Source of the DNA: Macrostomum hystrix
Taxonomy: Eukaryota > Animalia > Platyhelminthes
Assembly: GCA_950097015.1 (NCBI GenBank)
Contig: CATNEN010000005.1
Coordinates: 2,356,001-2,420,000 of the forward strand
Direction of reading: 5' to 3'
DNA: 64,000 bases
The position numbers and the translations under genes are program-made. The notes below the pieces were generated by a model. That model made no database searches. It was given only the letters and a program-made list of their open reading frames with translations, and was not told the origin of the DNA. Shown here in pieces: positions 34,125 to 50,404 of this stretch (the stretch's first letter is position 1; each line of letters begins with the position of its first letter).

Positions 34125-34845
34125 TATCTACTTCGAATCCTTCATTGTCTACTTCTAGCCTCTCATTGTCTACTTCTAGCCTCTCATTGTCTACTTCTAG
34201 CCTCTCATTGTCTACTTCAAGCCTCTCATTGTCTACTTCTAGCCTCTCATTGTCTACTTCTAGCCTCTCATTGTCTGCTTCTAGCCTCTCATTGTCTACT
34301 TCTAGCCTCTCATTGTCTACTTCGAGTCCTTCATTGTCTACTTCTAGCCTCTCATTGTCTACTTCTAGCCTCTCATTGTCTACTTCGAGTCCTTCATTGT
34401 CTACTTCTAGCCTCTCATTGTCTACTTCGAGTCCTTCGTTGTCTACTTCTAGCCTCTCATTGTCTACTTCGAGTCCTTCATTGTCTACTTCTAGCCTCTC
34501 ATTGTCTACTTCTAGCCTCTCATTGTCTACTTCTAGCCTCTCATTGTCTACTTCTAGCCTCTCATTGTCTACTTCTAGCCTCTCATTGTCTACTTCTAGC
34601 CTCTCATTGTCTACTTCTAGCCTCTCATTGTCTACTTCAAGCCTCTCATTCTCTTCGACTGTCTTATTATCTACTTCCACTGTCTCATTATCTACTTCCA
34701 CTGTCTCAGTATCTACTTCCACTGTCTCGTTATCTACTTCCACTGTCTCAGTATCTACTTCCACTGTCTCGTTATCTACTTCCACTGTCTCAGTATCTAC
34801 TTCCACTGTCTCGTTATCTACTTCCACTGTCTCACCGTCTACATC
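34125..34845. repeat. Two-block 21-bp tandem array (ATTGTCTACTTCTAGCCTCTC, then TTATCTACTTCCACTGTCTCG-type); possibly coding
   Basis: Direct copies; minus frame reads (ERLEVDN)n/(ETVEVDN)n. Confidence 0.93.
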
Positions 34846-35274
34846 TTCCCTCCTGCTACAGTTGTAGCCGTTTTTCTAGTTAAATTTTCCTCACAATCGC
34901 GAACATGCTTGAAGAGCATCTTAAGTGGCTTTTGAATTTCCTAATTTTAAGTGTTTTTCGGAAGTAGCACAAAAAAGTGTTCCGATTTGCGCTGAAAATT
35001 GAAGCTTTGTAAAACCAAGCACAAGCAGATTATGAGGCAGTTTTATTGCACGATCCTCTTACTTTGATAGTATTCTTCTAAAAGCAAACTGGGATTTTCT
35101 CTTTTGTTTCACAAATTGCTTGCTCATTTAGTTCTCAATAACTTGGTAATTAAAATGTTTGAATTACCTGCTGCTTTCCGAATGTATAATCTCATAGGTA
35201 CTCTGACTCTTATCTTTCCCTCTGCGTTACTTTTTTTTTCTCTTTTGCTTAATTTTGCTCTATTTTCATTATCT

Positions 35275-35785
35275 CTCTACCTCTCATCTACTCTCTACTG
35301 TCAAATCTACCTTTCATCTACTCTCTACTGTCAAATCTACCTCTCATCTACTCTCTAATGTCAAATCTACCTCTCATCTACTCTCTACTGTCAAATCTAC
35401 CTCTCATCTACACTCTACTGTCAAATCTATCTCTTATCTACTCTCTACTGTCAAATCTACCTCTCATCTACTCTCTACTGTCAAATCTACCTCTCATCTA
35501 CTCTCTACTGTCAAATCTACCTCTCATCTACTCTCTACTGTCAAATCTACCTCTCATCTACTCTCTACTGTCAAATCTACCTGTCATCTACTTTCTATTG
35601 TCAAATCTACCTGTCATCCACTTTCTACTATCAAATCTATCTACCTCTCATCTATTCTCTACTGTCAAATCTACCTCTCATCCACTTTCTACTGTCAATC
35701 TATCTACCTATCATCTACTCTCTACCGTCAAGTCTATCTACCTCTCATCTACTTTCTACCGTCAAGTCTATCTACCTATCATCTA
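35275..35785. repeat. 30-bp tandem array TCAAATCTACCTCTCATCTACTCTCTACTG, block 1
   Basis: Direct copies; all three minus frames contain stops. Confidence 0.94.
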
Positions 35786-36574
35786 ATCTCTTTAAGCTTT
35801 TTCTACGATGCTTCAAATAAATATTTCACGATCTGTTTAAAACATGCAGTGTGTTTTCTATTATTAAATCAAGCCCCATTAAGCAAGCTGTAAAAGTGAT
35901 TTATAGGGCTTGTAGACTAGAAATTTAACGGACATTAAAAGTCATAATTTCGTTTAATTTACATTCACATTTACTAACAAATAGACCACTTAAAAAAACA
36001 CTGCCTGATACGGCACTTAACAACACGAACAATTTTTCTAGTGCAGCCAGTGTTGCATTGTTTCACAGCTGTCGGCAGTGCGTCAAAGCCTGTTCTGGCG
36101 GCCGGATTTTCATAGAATTTGTATCGAACCGCACAGTTCTGTGCTTGTTTTACATCCAGTGGTTTGTATACAAATTTAGCATTTAGAATACAGAAATTCT
36201 TAGTTAGCTACATCAGCTCTAGACCACCATTGTTAAGGTTGGTAGCGAATATATGCCGACTTCTTAATCAAGTTGTTTATGAATTTTCTTTTTACTTTGC
36301 ACCGTGTCTTACAGACAAGACAAATTTTGTGTGTTTTGCGCATAAATGTTTTCCTTATCTCTCTTTGATGCTTTTCTGTTTAATTTCTTCTTTCCTCACT
36401 CTCGCTTTTTCTGTCGACATTTATAAATTTTCCTAATCATCATCACAGTCTACCTAGTTTTAACAAATAGGAAAAAAACTGCTATAGACAGACAAATACG
36501 CAAATAGTCTTTAAGAGGCTGAAATATTGCCAGCTAAAATTAATGTAGTAAAAATTCCGATTTTATATTAGAAA

Positions 36575-37525
36575 CTGTCAAATCTATCTCTCATCTACTC
36601 TCTACTGTCAAATCTACCTCCTATCTACTCTCTACTGTCAAATCTACCTCCTATCTACTCTCTACTGTCAAATCTACCTCCTATCTACTCTCTACTGTCA
36701 AATCTACCTCTCATCTACTCTCTACTGTCAAATCTACCTCTCATCTACTCTCTACTGTCAAATCTACCTCTCATCTACTCTCTACTGTCAAATCTATCTC
36801 TCATCTACTCTCTACTGTCAAATCTACCTCTCATCTACTCTCTACTGTCAAATCTATTTCTCATCTACTCTCTACTGTCAAATCTATCTCTCATCTACTC
36901 TCTACTGTCAAATCTATCTCTCATCTACTCTCTACTGTCAAATCTATCTCTCATCTACTCTCTACTGTCAAATCTACCTCTCATCTACTCTCTACTGTCA
37001 AATCTACCCCTCATCTACTCTCTACTGTCAAATCTACCTCTCATCTACTCTCTACTGTCAAATCTACCCCTCATCTACTCTCTACTGTCAAATCTACCTC
37101 TCATCTACTCTCTACTGTCAAATCTACCCCTCATCTACTCTCTACTGTCAAATCTACCTCTCATCTACTCTCTACTGTCAAATCTACCTTTCATCTACAC
37201 TCTACTGTCAAATCTACCTCTCATCTACTCTCTACTGTCAAATCTACCTCTCATCTACTCTCTACTGTCAAATCTATCTCTCATCTACTCTCTACTGTCA
37301 AATCTACCTCTCATCTACTCTCTACTGTCAAATCTACCTTTCATCTACACTCTACTGTCAAATCTACCTCTCATCTACTCTCTACTGTCAAATCTACCTC
37401 TCATCTACTCTCTACTGTCAAATCTACCTCTCATCTACTCTCTACTGTCAAATCTCTTTACCGTTCATCTACTCTCTACTTTCAAATATACCTGTCATCT
37501 ACTCTTTATTGTCAAATCTATCTAC
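36575..37525. repeat. 30-bp tandem array TCAAATCTACCTCTCATCTACTCTCTACTG, block 2
   Basis: Same unit and orientation as block 1, ~31 copies. Confidence 0.95.
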
Positions 37526-37904
37526 CTCATGTTTTGAAGATTTTGCGTTTTGAAGAAAGGTTTTAAAATTTCACTTGAAATATGATTCGGCTTTTACAAA
37601 TTTCTCAAGTAGAATTGAATCTACCTGTATCGTTAAGTGTAAAAGCTCGACACTACAAATTATCCAACAAAAAGCAAACCTTTTATGAGTCAAAACGTTT
37701 CCTCTACCAACAATTATCGACTTTTTGAGAAAAGTTTCGTTTCTCGAAAAAGTATTATAAAATGCTTATTAATCAAAAACTTGTGTTTTCGGAAACTCCC
37801 GTTTCTCTTAACGGCTTAAATTTTGGAACTCATTTCGTTCTAAAAACTTTAGCTTTCTGAAGTTCCTTTTGTTTTCGAAAACGTATTGTTCTAGGAATCT
37901 TTCA

Positions 37905-39190
37905 TTCCCCAAAACTTTCATTTCCTGAATCTTTCATTTCCCGAATCTTTCATTTTCCGAATCTTTCATTTCCCGAATCTTTCATATCCCGAATCTTTCA
38001 TTTTCCGAATCTTTCATTTCCCGAATCTTTCATTCCCCAAATCTTTCATTTCCCAAATCTTTCACTTCCCGAATCTTTCATTTCCCAAATCTTTCATTTC
38101 CCGAATCTTTCATTTTCCGAATCTTTCATTTTCCCAATCTTTCATTTTCCGAATCTTTCATTTTCCGAATCTTTCATTTCCTGAATCTTTCATTTCCCGA
38201 ATCTTTCATTTCCTGAATCTTTCATTTCCTGAATCTTTCATTTCCCGAATCTTTCATTTCCTGAATCTTTCATTTCCCGAATCTTTCATTTTCCGAATCT
38301 TTCATTTTCCGAATCTTTCATTTCCCGAATCTTTAATTTTCCGAATCTTTCATTTCCCGAATCTTTAATTTTCCGAATCTTTCATTTCCCAAAACTTTCA
38401 TTTCCCAAATCTTTCATTACCCGAATCTTTCATATCCCGAATCTTTCATTTTGCCGAATCTTTCATTTTCCGAATCTTTCATTTCCTGAATCTTTCATTT
38501 TCCGAATCTTTCATTTTCCGAATCTTTCATTTCCCGAATCTTTCATTCCCCAAAACTTTCATTTCCCGAATCTTTCATTTCCTGAATCAATCATTTTCCG
38601 AATCTTTCATTTTGCCGAATCTTTCATTTCCCGAATCTTTCATTTCCTGAATCTTTCATATCCCGAATCTTTCATTACCTGAATCAATCATTTTCCGAAT
38701 CTTTCATTTTGCCGAATCTTTCATTTTCCGAATCTTTCATTTCCCAAAACTTTCATTTCCCGAATCTTTCATTTCCTGAATCAATCATTTTCCGAATCTT
38801 TCATTTTGCCGAATCTTTCATTTCCCGAATCTTTCATTTCCTGAATCTTTCATATCCCGAATCTTTCATTACCTGAATCAATCATTTTCCGAATCTTTCA
38901 TTTTGCCGAATCTTTCATTTTCCGAATCTTTCATTTCCCAAAACTTTCATTTCCCAAAACTTTCATTTCCCGAATCTTTCATATCCCGAATCTTTCATTC
39001 CCAAAACTTTCATTACCCGAGTCTTTCATTTTCCGAATGTTTCATTTCCCGAATATTTTTCCTAAGTCTTTCATTTCGGGAATCTTTCATCTCCCGAATA
39101 TTTCACTTCCCGAATCTTTCATTTCCCGAATCTTTCATTTCCCGTATTTTTCATTTACCGAAACTTTCATTTCTTGAAACTTTCATTGCC
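37905..39190. repeat. 16-17-bp tandem array TTCATTTCCCGAATCT, downstream of NK1
   Basis: Direct copies with length variants. Confidence 0.95.
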
Positions 39191-39844
39191 TAAAATTTTT
39201 GCTTCTGGGAACCATGTTTATTCGAAACTATTTCCAAAGCTTTCACTTTCCAAGTATTGTTTTCCGATACTTCTAAATTCGTAGAAGAGATTTCCCTATT
39301 TTTGATTCCAATTTTTATGACAAAGTAAACTACGAGTATTAGCACAATTTAAACAAAACAAAAAAAACAAACTGGTGTCATGCTAGCTCCAGTAACTTAC
39401 ACAGTTCAGAGAATCAATTTTTCGTCACAATATCCACGAAAACAAACTTAAATTATAATGCTTTTCCATCGATGTACAACAATTTTTATTTAGTCTGTGT
39501 AAAACGAAAACAAACTAGACAACATGTATTAACAAAGATTGTCATTTTTATGCAATCAATTTTCAATATACATGCCTCAGTAGGGACAAGACTTGTGTTT
39601 TTTTAATATGTGCAAACTTTAGGCCTACCTGGCGTGCAGAAGTTATGTACAACGAGACCGATTTTGTAGATTTGAGAGGAAATTAGAAACTTCGCACTGA
39701 TTTCACCGATAAATCAAATCCGCGCAATCTTCTTTCTCATATACTACTTTCATAGTTGGGAATTGCGAAAGCAGTATGAAAACGATTCTGTTAGAAGTTT
39801 GATACAGTTGAACTATGATGAGCAGAGATAAGACAAGACGTAAG

Positions 39845-40195
39845 AGAGGGGTGAGACTTGAGATAAGAGAAGGGTGAGACTAGAGGTGAGTGAGGGGTGA
39901 GACTAGAGGTGAGAGGGGTGAGACTAGAGGTGAGAGGGGTGAGGCTAGATTTGAGAGAGGGGTGAGACTAGAGGTGAGAGAGGGGTGAGACTAGAGGTGA
40001 GAGAGGGGTGAGACTAGAGGTGAGTGATGGGTGAGACTAGAGGTGAGTGAGGGGTGAGACTAGAGGTGAGTGAGGGGTGAGACTAGAGGTGAGTGTGGGT
40101 TGAGACTAGAGGTGAGTGTGGGTTGAGACTAGAGGTGAGAGAGGGGTGAGACTAGAGGTAAGTGAGGGGTGAGACTAGAGGTGAGTGAGGGTGAG
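39845..40195. repeat. 20-22-bp tandem repeat GAGACTAGAGGTGAGTGAGGGGT, likely in the NK1 3' UTR
   Basis: Direct copies, ~180 nt beyond the NK1 stop. Confidence 0.9.
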
Positions 40196-40376
40196 ACGAT
40201 AGATACGAGAAGATTGAGACTAGAGGTGACAGAAGGCTTAAGAAGAGATCAGAAAGCTATAGAAACAGACAGTTTGAACAATAAAAAAATACTTATTCTC
40301 TCATTAAATGAAATGAGATTTGAAAAGTGTTCAGTAAATCAAGAGCTTAAAGAAACAATTTAGAACACTGCAATAA

Positions 40377-43621
<3,245 letters not shown>

Positions 43622-43826
43622 AGCCTTCACTACTAAGCTATAAGCTATTGGGGATCAAAGTTATCCTGGTTGAGTTATCCCGGCACCGGCTCCTTAATTC
43701 GGCAATTATTATTAATGTTCTAGCAACTATAGGCTGAGCTGGCAATGGCTACTGGGATGAATTGGAAAACTGTGTGTGACTCTTTATTCTTAATTAGCTG
43801 CCCAGGCGGAGGGGAATTTTTTTTTC

Positions 43827-43849
43827 GGGGGCGGGGGTTGGGGATGGGG
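43827..43849 (+). promoter_or_regulatory. G-quadruplex-forming motif ~200 nt upstream of the NK1 ATG
   Basis: GGGGG-C-GGGGG-TT-GGGG-AT-GGGG fits the canonical four-run short-loop pattern; function not shown. Confidence 0.45.
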
Positions 43850-44258
43850 AGGTAGAATCAAAACCGTTTTTCTATTGGCCAGCTCTGTCCGTGATCCCAC
43901 ACTAATACGGCCTTCCTATTGGAGAGGCAATCTCGGGAGGGAAGATGATGGGAGAAATGTGTTTTTTTCTTCTAAGCGGGAACCGCTTAGCTATGCGGAG
44001 AGGCCACTTGAAAATGGAAAATCATTCGACATAGAGGGGCCACAGATTCTGCATGTGCGCGCGCGAGTTCTGAAGTGTCGCGGCCAATTTATGATTTCTT
44101 GCCACTTTTGGCATTAAATTTCTTCTTCAATTTCCTCCAAATTTTTCTCGACTGCGCCTTCACAGTTGATCTTCATCGATTGCAAGATGGGGAGAATTCG
44201 ATTATTTTTTGTTGAAAAATATAAAGAATCATTTAATTTGATCGTCCGTCAATAACTC

Positions 44259-44345
44259 GAGTGGGTCTGACGACATCCCCTGTCCATGGACTGAACAGCT
44301 GTACACAACAGCCTTTGAAGGCACCGCACAATAGCTGCAGCTGCT
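44259..44345 (+). mobile_element. Fragment of the 3' body of the intron-3 SINE family
   Basis: Shares the exact 18-mer GTCCATGGACTGAACAGC and similar flanks with the reverse complement of ~17580-17630. Confidence 0.6.
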
Positions 44346-45597
44346 ACCTCTCCCTGCATCACTCTACCCCTCCCTGCATCACTCTACCTCTCCCTTCAAC
44401 ATTCTATGTCTCCCTGCATCACTCTACCTCTCCCTGCATCACTCTACCCCTCCCTGCATCACTCTACCTCTCCCTTCAACACTCTATGTCTCCCTTCATC
44501 ACTCTACCTCTCCCTTCATCACTCTACCTCTCCCTTCAACACTCTATGTCTCCCTTCATCACTCTACCTCTCCCTTCATCACTATACCTCTCCCTGCATC
44601 ACTCTACCTCTCCCTTCAACACTCTGTCTCCCTTCATCACTCTACCTCCCCTTCATCACTCTTCCTCTCCCTGCATCACTCTACCTCTCCCTGCATCAAT
44701 CTACCTCTCCCTGCATCACTCTACTTCTCCCTTCAACACTCTATGTCTCCCTGCATCGACACTCTACCTCTCCCTGCATCGATCTACCTCTCCCTGCATC
44801 AATCTACCTCTCTTCCTCTCCCTGCATCACTCTACCTCTCTTCCTCTCCCTGCATCACTCTACCTCTCTTCCTCTCCCTGCATCACTCTACCTCTCTTCC
44901 TCTCCCTGCATCACTCTACCTCTCTTCCTCTCCCTGCATCAATCTACCTTTCTTCCTCTCCCTGCATCACTCTGCCTCTCCCTTCATCACTCTACCTCTC
45001 CCTGCATCACTCTACCTCTCCCTGCATCACTCTACCTCTCCCTGCATCACTCTACCTCTCCCTGCATCACTCTACCTCTCTTCCTCTCCCTGCATCAATC
45101 TACCTTTCTTCCTCTCCCTGCATCACTCTACCTCTCTTCCTCTCCCTGCATCACTCTACCTCTCTTCCTCTCCCTGCATCAATCTACCTTTCTTCCTCTC
45201 CCTGCATCACTACCTCTCTTCCTCTCCCTGCATCAATCTACCTTTCTTCCTCTCCCTGCATCACTCTACCTCTCTTCCTCTCCATGCATCACTCTACCTC
45301 TCTTCCTCTCCCTGCATCACTACCTCTCTTCCTCTCCCTGCATCAATCTACCTTTCTTCCTCTCCCTGCATCACTACCTCTCTTCCTCTCCCTGCATCAA
45401 TCTACCTTTCTTCCTCTCCCTGCATCACTCTACCTCTCTTCCTCTCCATGCATCACTCTACCTCTCTTCCTCTCCATGCATCACTCTACCTCTCTTCCTC
45501 TCCCTGCATCACTCTACCTCTCTTCGTCTCCCTGAATCACTCTACCTCTTCCTCTCCCAACATCAATCTACCTCTCCCTGCATCACTCTACCTCTCT
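44345..45597. repeat. Pyrimidine-rich ~20-bp tandem repeat CTCTACCTCTCCCTGCATCA with variants
   Basis: Direct copies. Confidence 0.94.
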
Positions 45598-46524
45598 CGT
45601 AATTTTTTCTCTAAAAAATGTCGCCCCTAACAGTTTCCTTAAAAGCAATTTTCTGTACGAAATCTAATTTTGCATCCATCATCTAATTGGTACCTAACAT
45701 TTCATATTTAAATCCCACACTTGTTTTCCGCTAAATAAATATTACACAGACCTAGAAATGAAGCCTAGCTTGATGTGTAGGTCTGTGTGTGTGCATTTTC
45801 ATATATTTATCCTATAATCTGTTGCGTTAAATTGGCTTGGGAAAACGGAATCAACGCTGCATGCAATCCCTAATTGAAAGCTGATCCCAAATAGATTCCC
45901 ATGAATTCTGAAAATAAGAGGATATTCCCACCCAAACTCCTCTTCCCCTCTTTATAATACAGTTTCTCGCCCAGTGTGTTTGTGTTGCTAACTGGAAGTG
46001 GTCGAAAATATCTAACTTCCCACAGGCAGCCATCACTGGCGCAGACAGGTAGCCACGGATACCGAATTTAGAAACAGTCAGTCAGATCGCACAATTTATA
46101 ATTGGCGGAATCGTTTTCATTGACCTGCACGGCATCAAATCTATACCGGTGTGCAACATAATGCGGCAATGCTTTTCTGACCAAATAATCAAGGCCTGAT
46201 GCCTGATGTGGACAGGATGTGTAACAGTTTCATGCTTCCTGTATTGGTGGTTACCAGGGCGCGGTGTCTGTTTGAAAACCGTAGATTTAGAAGGCATGCC
46301 TCCTGGTGTGTGTCTGTGTGTGCGTGGCAGCAAATGAGACGTGCTACAGGTGTCTACTAACTTTGCTAATTTTCTAAAATATTGCATTGCGCAATTCACA
46401 CGCTAACTCTGATGATTGTGTACAGATTTTCAGCCCTATGCTTGTCTACTAGAAGCTGAAGATACTATAGAAACATTTAAACTCATATACGATCAAATTC
46501 AGATGACCTAATAGATCAGGCACA

Positions 46525-48140
46525 TTGGAATTTCTCTCCCCACTTTCCATTGTCTCCCACTTTCCCCTGTCTTCCCTCTTTCCTCTCTCTCCCCTCTTTC
46601 CCCTATCTCCCCTCTTTCCCCTGTCACCCCTCTTTCCCCTCTCTCCCCTCTTTCCCTCTTTCCCCTATCTCCCCTCTTTCCCCTGTCTCCCCTCTTTCCT
46701 CTCTCTTCCCTCTTTCCTTTCTCTCCCCTCTTTCCCTTCACTCCCCTATTTCCCCTCTTTCCACTCTCCTTCCTCTCTCCCCTCTTCCCCTCTTTCCCCT
46801 CTTTCCCCTATATGTCCGCTCTTTCCCCTATCTCCCCTCTTTCCCCTCTCTTCCCTCTTTCCTTTCTCTCCCCTCTCTCCCCTCTTTCCCCTCTTTCCCC
46901 TCTTTCCACTCTCCTTCCTCTCTCCCCTCTTCCCCTCTTTCCCCTATCTCCCCTCTTTCCCCTGTCTCCCCTCTTTCCTCTCTCTTCCCTCTTTCCTTTC
47001 TCTCCCCTCTTTCCCTTCACTCCCCTATTTCCCCTCTTTCCCCTCTTTCCCCTCTTTCCACTCTCCTTCCTCTCTCCCCTCTTCCCCTCTTTCCCCTATC
47101 TCCCCTCTTTCCCCTGTCACCCCTCTTTCCCCTCTCTCCCCTCTTTCCCTCTTTCCCCTATCTCCCCTCTTTCCCCTGTCTCCCCTCTTTCCTCTCTCTT
47201 CCCTCTTTCCTTTCTCTCCCCTCTTTCCCTTCACTCCCCTATTTCCCCTCTTTCCACTCTCCTTCCTCTCTCCCCTCTTCCCCTCTTTCCCCTCTTTCCC
47301 CTATATGTCCGCTCTTTCCCCTATCTCCCCTCTTTCCCCTCTCTTCCCTCTTTCCTTTCTCTCCCCTCTCTCCCCTCTTTCCCCTCTTTCCCCTCTTTCC
47401 ACTCTCCTTCCTCTCTCCCCTCTTCCCCTCTTTCCCCTATCTCCCCTCTTTCCCCTGTCTCCCCTCTTTCCTCTCTCTTCCCTCTTTCCTTTCTCTCCCC
47501 TCTTTCCCTTCACTCCCCTATTTCCCCTCTTTCCACTCTCCTTCCTCTCTCCCCTCTTCCCCTCTTTCCCCTCTTTCCCCTATATGTCCGCTCTTTCCCC
47601 TATCTCCCCTCTTTCCCCTCTCTTCCCTCTTTCCTTTCTCTCCCCTCTCTCCCCTCTTTCCCCTCTTTCCCCTCTTTCCACTCTCCTTCCTCTCTCCCCT
47701 CTTCCCCTCTTTCCCCTATCTCCCCTCTTTCCCCTGTCTCCCCTCTTTCCTCTCTCTTCCCTCTTTCCTTTCTCTCCCCTCTTTCCCTTCACTCCCCTAT
47801 TTCCCCTCTTTCCCCTCTTTCCCCTCTTTCCACTCTCCTTCCTCTCTCCCCTCTTCCACTCTTTCCCCTATCTCCCCTCTTTCCCCTGTCTCCCCTCTTT
47901 CCTCTCTCTTCCCTCTTTCCTTTCTCTCCCCTCTTTCCCTTCACTCCCCTATTTCCCCTCTTTCCACTCTCCTTCCTCTCTCCCCTCTTCCCCTCTTTCC
48001 CCTCTTTCCCCTATATGTCCGCTCTTTCCCCTATCTCCCCTCTTTCCCCTCTCTTCCCTCTTTCCTTTCTCTCCCCTCTCTCCCCTGTCTCCCCTCTCTC
48101 CCCTCTCTCCCCCTCTCCCCTATCTCCCCTCTTTCCCACT
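46525..48140. repeat. Polypyrimidine repeat (TTTCCCCTC-like) with larger internal duplications
   Basis: Marker TATATGTCCGCTC recurs at ~46809, 47302, 47581 and 48012. Confidence 0.94.
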
Positions 48141-49364
48141 CCCTGCAACTGTAATCATTTTCTTTTATACCATAAAGTTCCTGCCTCTCTCCGTTGACGG
48201 CAATTTCTCTGTTTTTATTTTCGTTTTCGCTCGTTTTTCACCAACAATTTAGAAAATCTGACCTTTCTAAGCCGGTTTAGATAATCCGCAGTGCATGCTG
48301 CAATACCACAATGGGCAGCGTTCTCTAGACATTTAAATCACATCATTCGAATGTCTGAAAAGAGTTTCACAATGGACTTAGTATACATGACCGATTCAAG
48401 AAAATGTCGCTTTTAAACAAAAAGAATAGGATTCCGATTATACTCAATCAAACGCGTTGGTTATTTCACAAAGAGGTTCACCAGACCCGACTGCCTGATT
48501 ATTAATAAAGGTAAATAAGAAAATTTACGCACTCAGCAATGGTCACGTGATTATTATGAGTGAAATTACCTTTAATCAGGATGGCCATGGATGATTTATT
48601 TAAATAGAAAAACAGTAATGACTCGAATTCTTATAGGGGATTAGGGGAAAATTCGGCCCAGCATATATGATGGGCCTAGTTAATAACCAATTTCAATTCG
48701 GTGAGGATTTCAGTCTAAACTGACTGTTTGGGATAAGCGTAGATAAATCTTTTCACACCCCTGACTAATTTCACCCCTCCTTTCCGCTATCCTTCTTCTT
48801 CCTCTTTTAACTAATCTCTCCCCAGAAATAATCATCATCATAAGCTGCTCACTTTGAGAGGCCTTTCTTCTTCTACTAGAAGAGAAACAATTTCCTGAAG
48901 CCACGCTTGGACACAGATGAATCGTTGGCACTTGAGCCACACCACACGCCTGCCTGCGCGGACCCCAGGTGCGAGGAGTTTAGGGTTGAATGCAAATTAA
49001 CTGTTTAAAACCTTCTCCGCTGAGTCCGTTCCGCGTCTTATGGTGGGGATCATTTTGGCTTGGCATAAATCTTTTGTAGCTTAATAAATATTTCCCGGGT
49101 GTTTGAGGAGACCCATGCAGCAAGGTTAATTAGCGGTCAAGAAATTGGCGGAAGTCAATAAACTGCCAATTCTCGCAATGTTAATCCTGAGCCGGGCCGC
49201 CCAACTGTCACTTAGCTTAGCAATTTGCCCGTCACAGTTTGCTTACTCGGAAAATATAAGTATATCCTTTGAGCTCTCTTATCGAAATCAGTCATCTCTG
49301 CTTCTACGCCACTTCTTCACTTTATATACTCCAGAGTCCAGACTTTGCTTGCTCAATCTCTCCT

Positions 49365-49620
49365 CTCTCTCATCTCATCTCATATCTCATCTCCTATCAT
49401 CGCTCATCTCCTCCCATCTCTCCTCTCATATCATCTCTCATCTCATCTCCTCTCTCATCTCCTCTCTCATCTCCTCCATCTCACCTTTCATCTCTCATCT
49501 CCTCTCACATCATCTCTCATCTCCTCTCCTCTCACCTCTCATCTCTAATCTTCTCTCATCAACTCTCCTCTCATCTCTCACCTCCCCTCATCTCTCATCT
49601 CCTCTCCTACCATCTATTCT
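49365..49620. repeat. (CTCAT/CTC)n low-complexity tract
   Basis: Visible simple repeat. Confidence 0.88.
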
Positions 49621-50404
49621 CCCATCCCGGTTCTTCTGTTCCTCTAGAAGAGGCGAATATCTACCTGATTAACCAGAGGAAATGCCGACTGTGCGGCAAA
49701 CTTCGAAAATTGGCTTTCAAGGCTTGGAGGGACGGAGAGTGGGAAATTTTAATGCCATTTCACATTTTCCCAACTGATAAGGAGGCATTCTAAATTTATA
49801 AAATTTGTGCCGTACTTAAACCAGCATGTCTCTAATGTCATCAGTCGGATCAAGGGCTCACAAACACACCAAGGCACACTTCTAAAAGCAATGAATTTCC
49901 ACTCGCGTAATTTTAAAAGGCCTAGCCAAGCTTGGCTATGATGTTGATAGCCACAGTAATATAGACTATCTAGTATTACCGAAGACAGATTTCTGCTGCT
50001 TAATGTCGGCTAGATATTTTTAATGTCTCTCTGACTCTGTCTCTCTCATGGACAGTGGCGCAAATTATTTACACTATAACAGGTCTTTATAGTGGATTGA
50101 TAGTTAGTTAGGACCAAATCGGCAACTTATTTTTATCTACATTTTATTGCGGCTAAAAGCATTTCTCAGGATCAATATTGTCTCTTCCCTTTATTTGTTG
50201 AATAGTGTGCACTAAATTATGCCATTTTAGTGAAGCATTTTACTGCTTCAACTCCTGCTTCACAAATCTGTGTAACAGTTTATTGTTGCATAGGTATTGT
50301 TAAACACTGATTAGATAAGGCTAATTTAATTGCGGACTGAATCGGAAACTGATAACACTTGGCAGGGCTTGAATACAACTAGAGAGGGGCTGCTGCTGGA
50401 CTGA

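Noticed and set aside
44261-48252. 300-575-aa Pro/Leu/Ser ORFs
   Set aside because: Pyrimidine-rich tracts lack stop codons in all plus frames; there is no codon signal.
48480-49260. TAAT-rich homeodomain-site clusters as NK1 enhancers
   Set aside because: Plausible by position, but such short motifs are expected in AT-rich DNA; comparative data would be needed.
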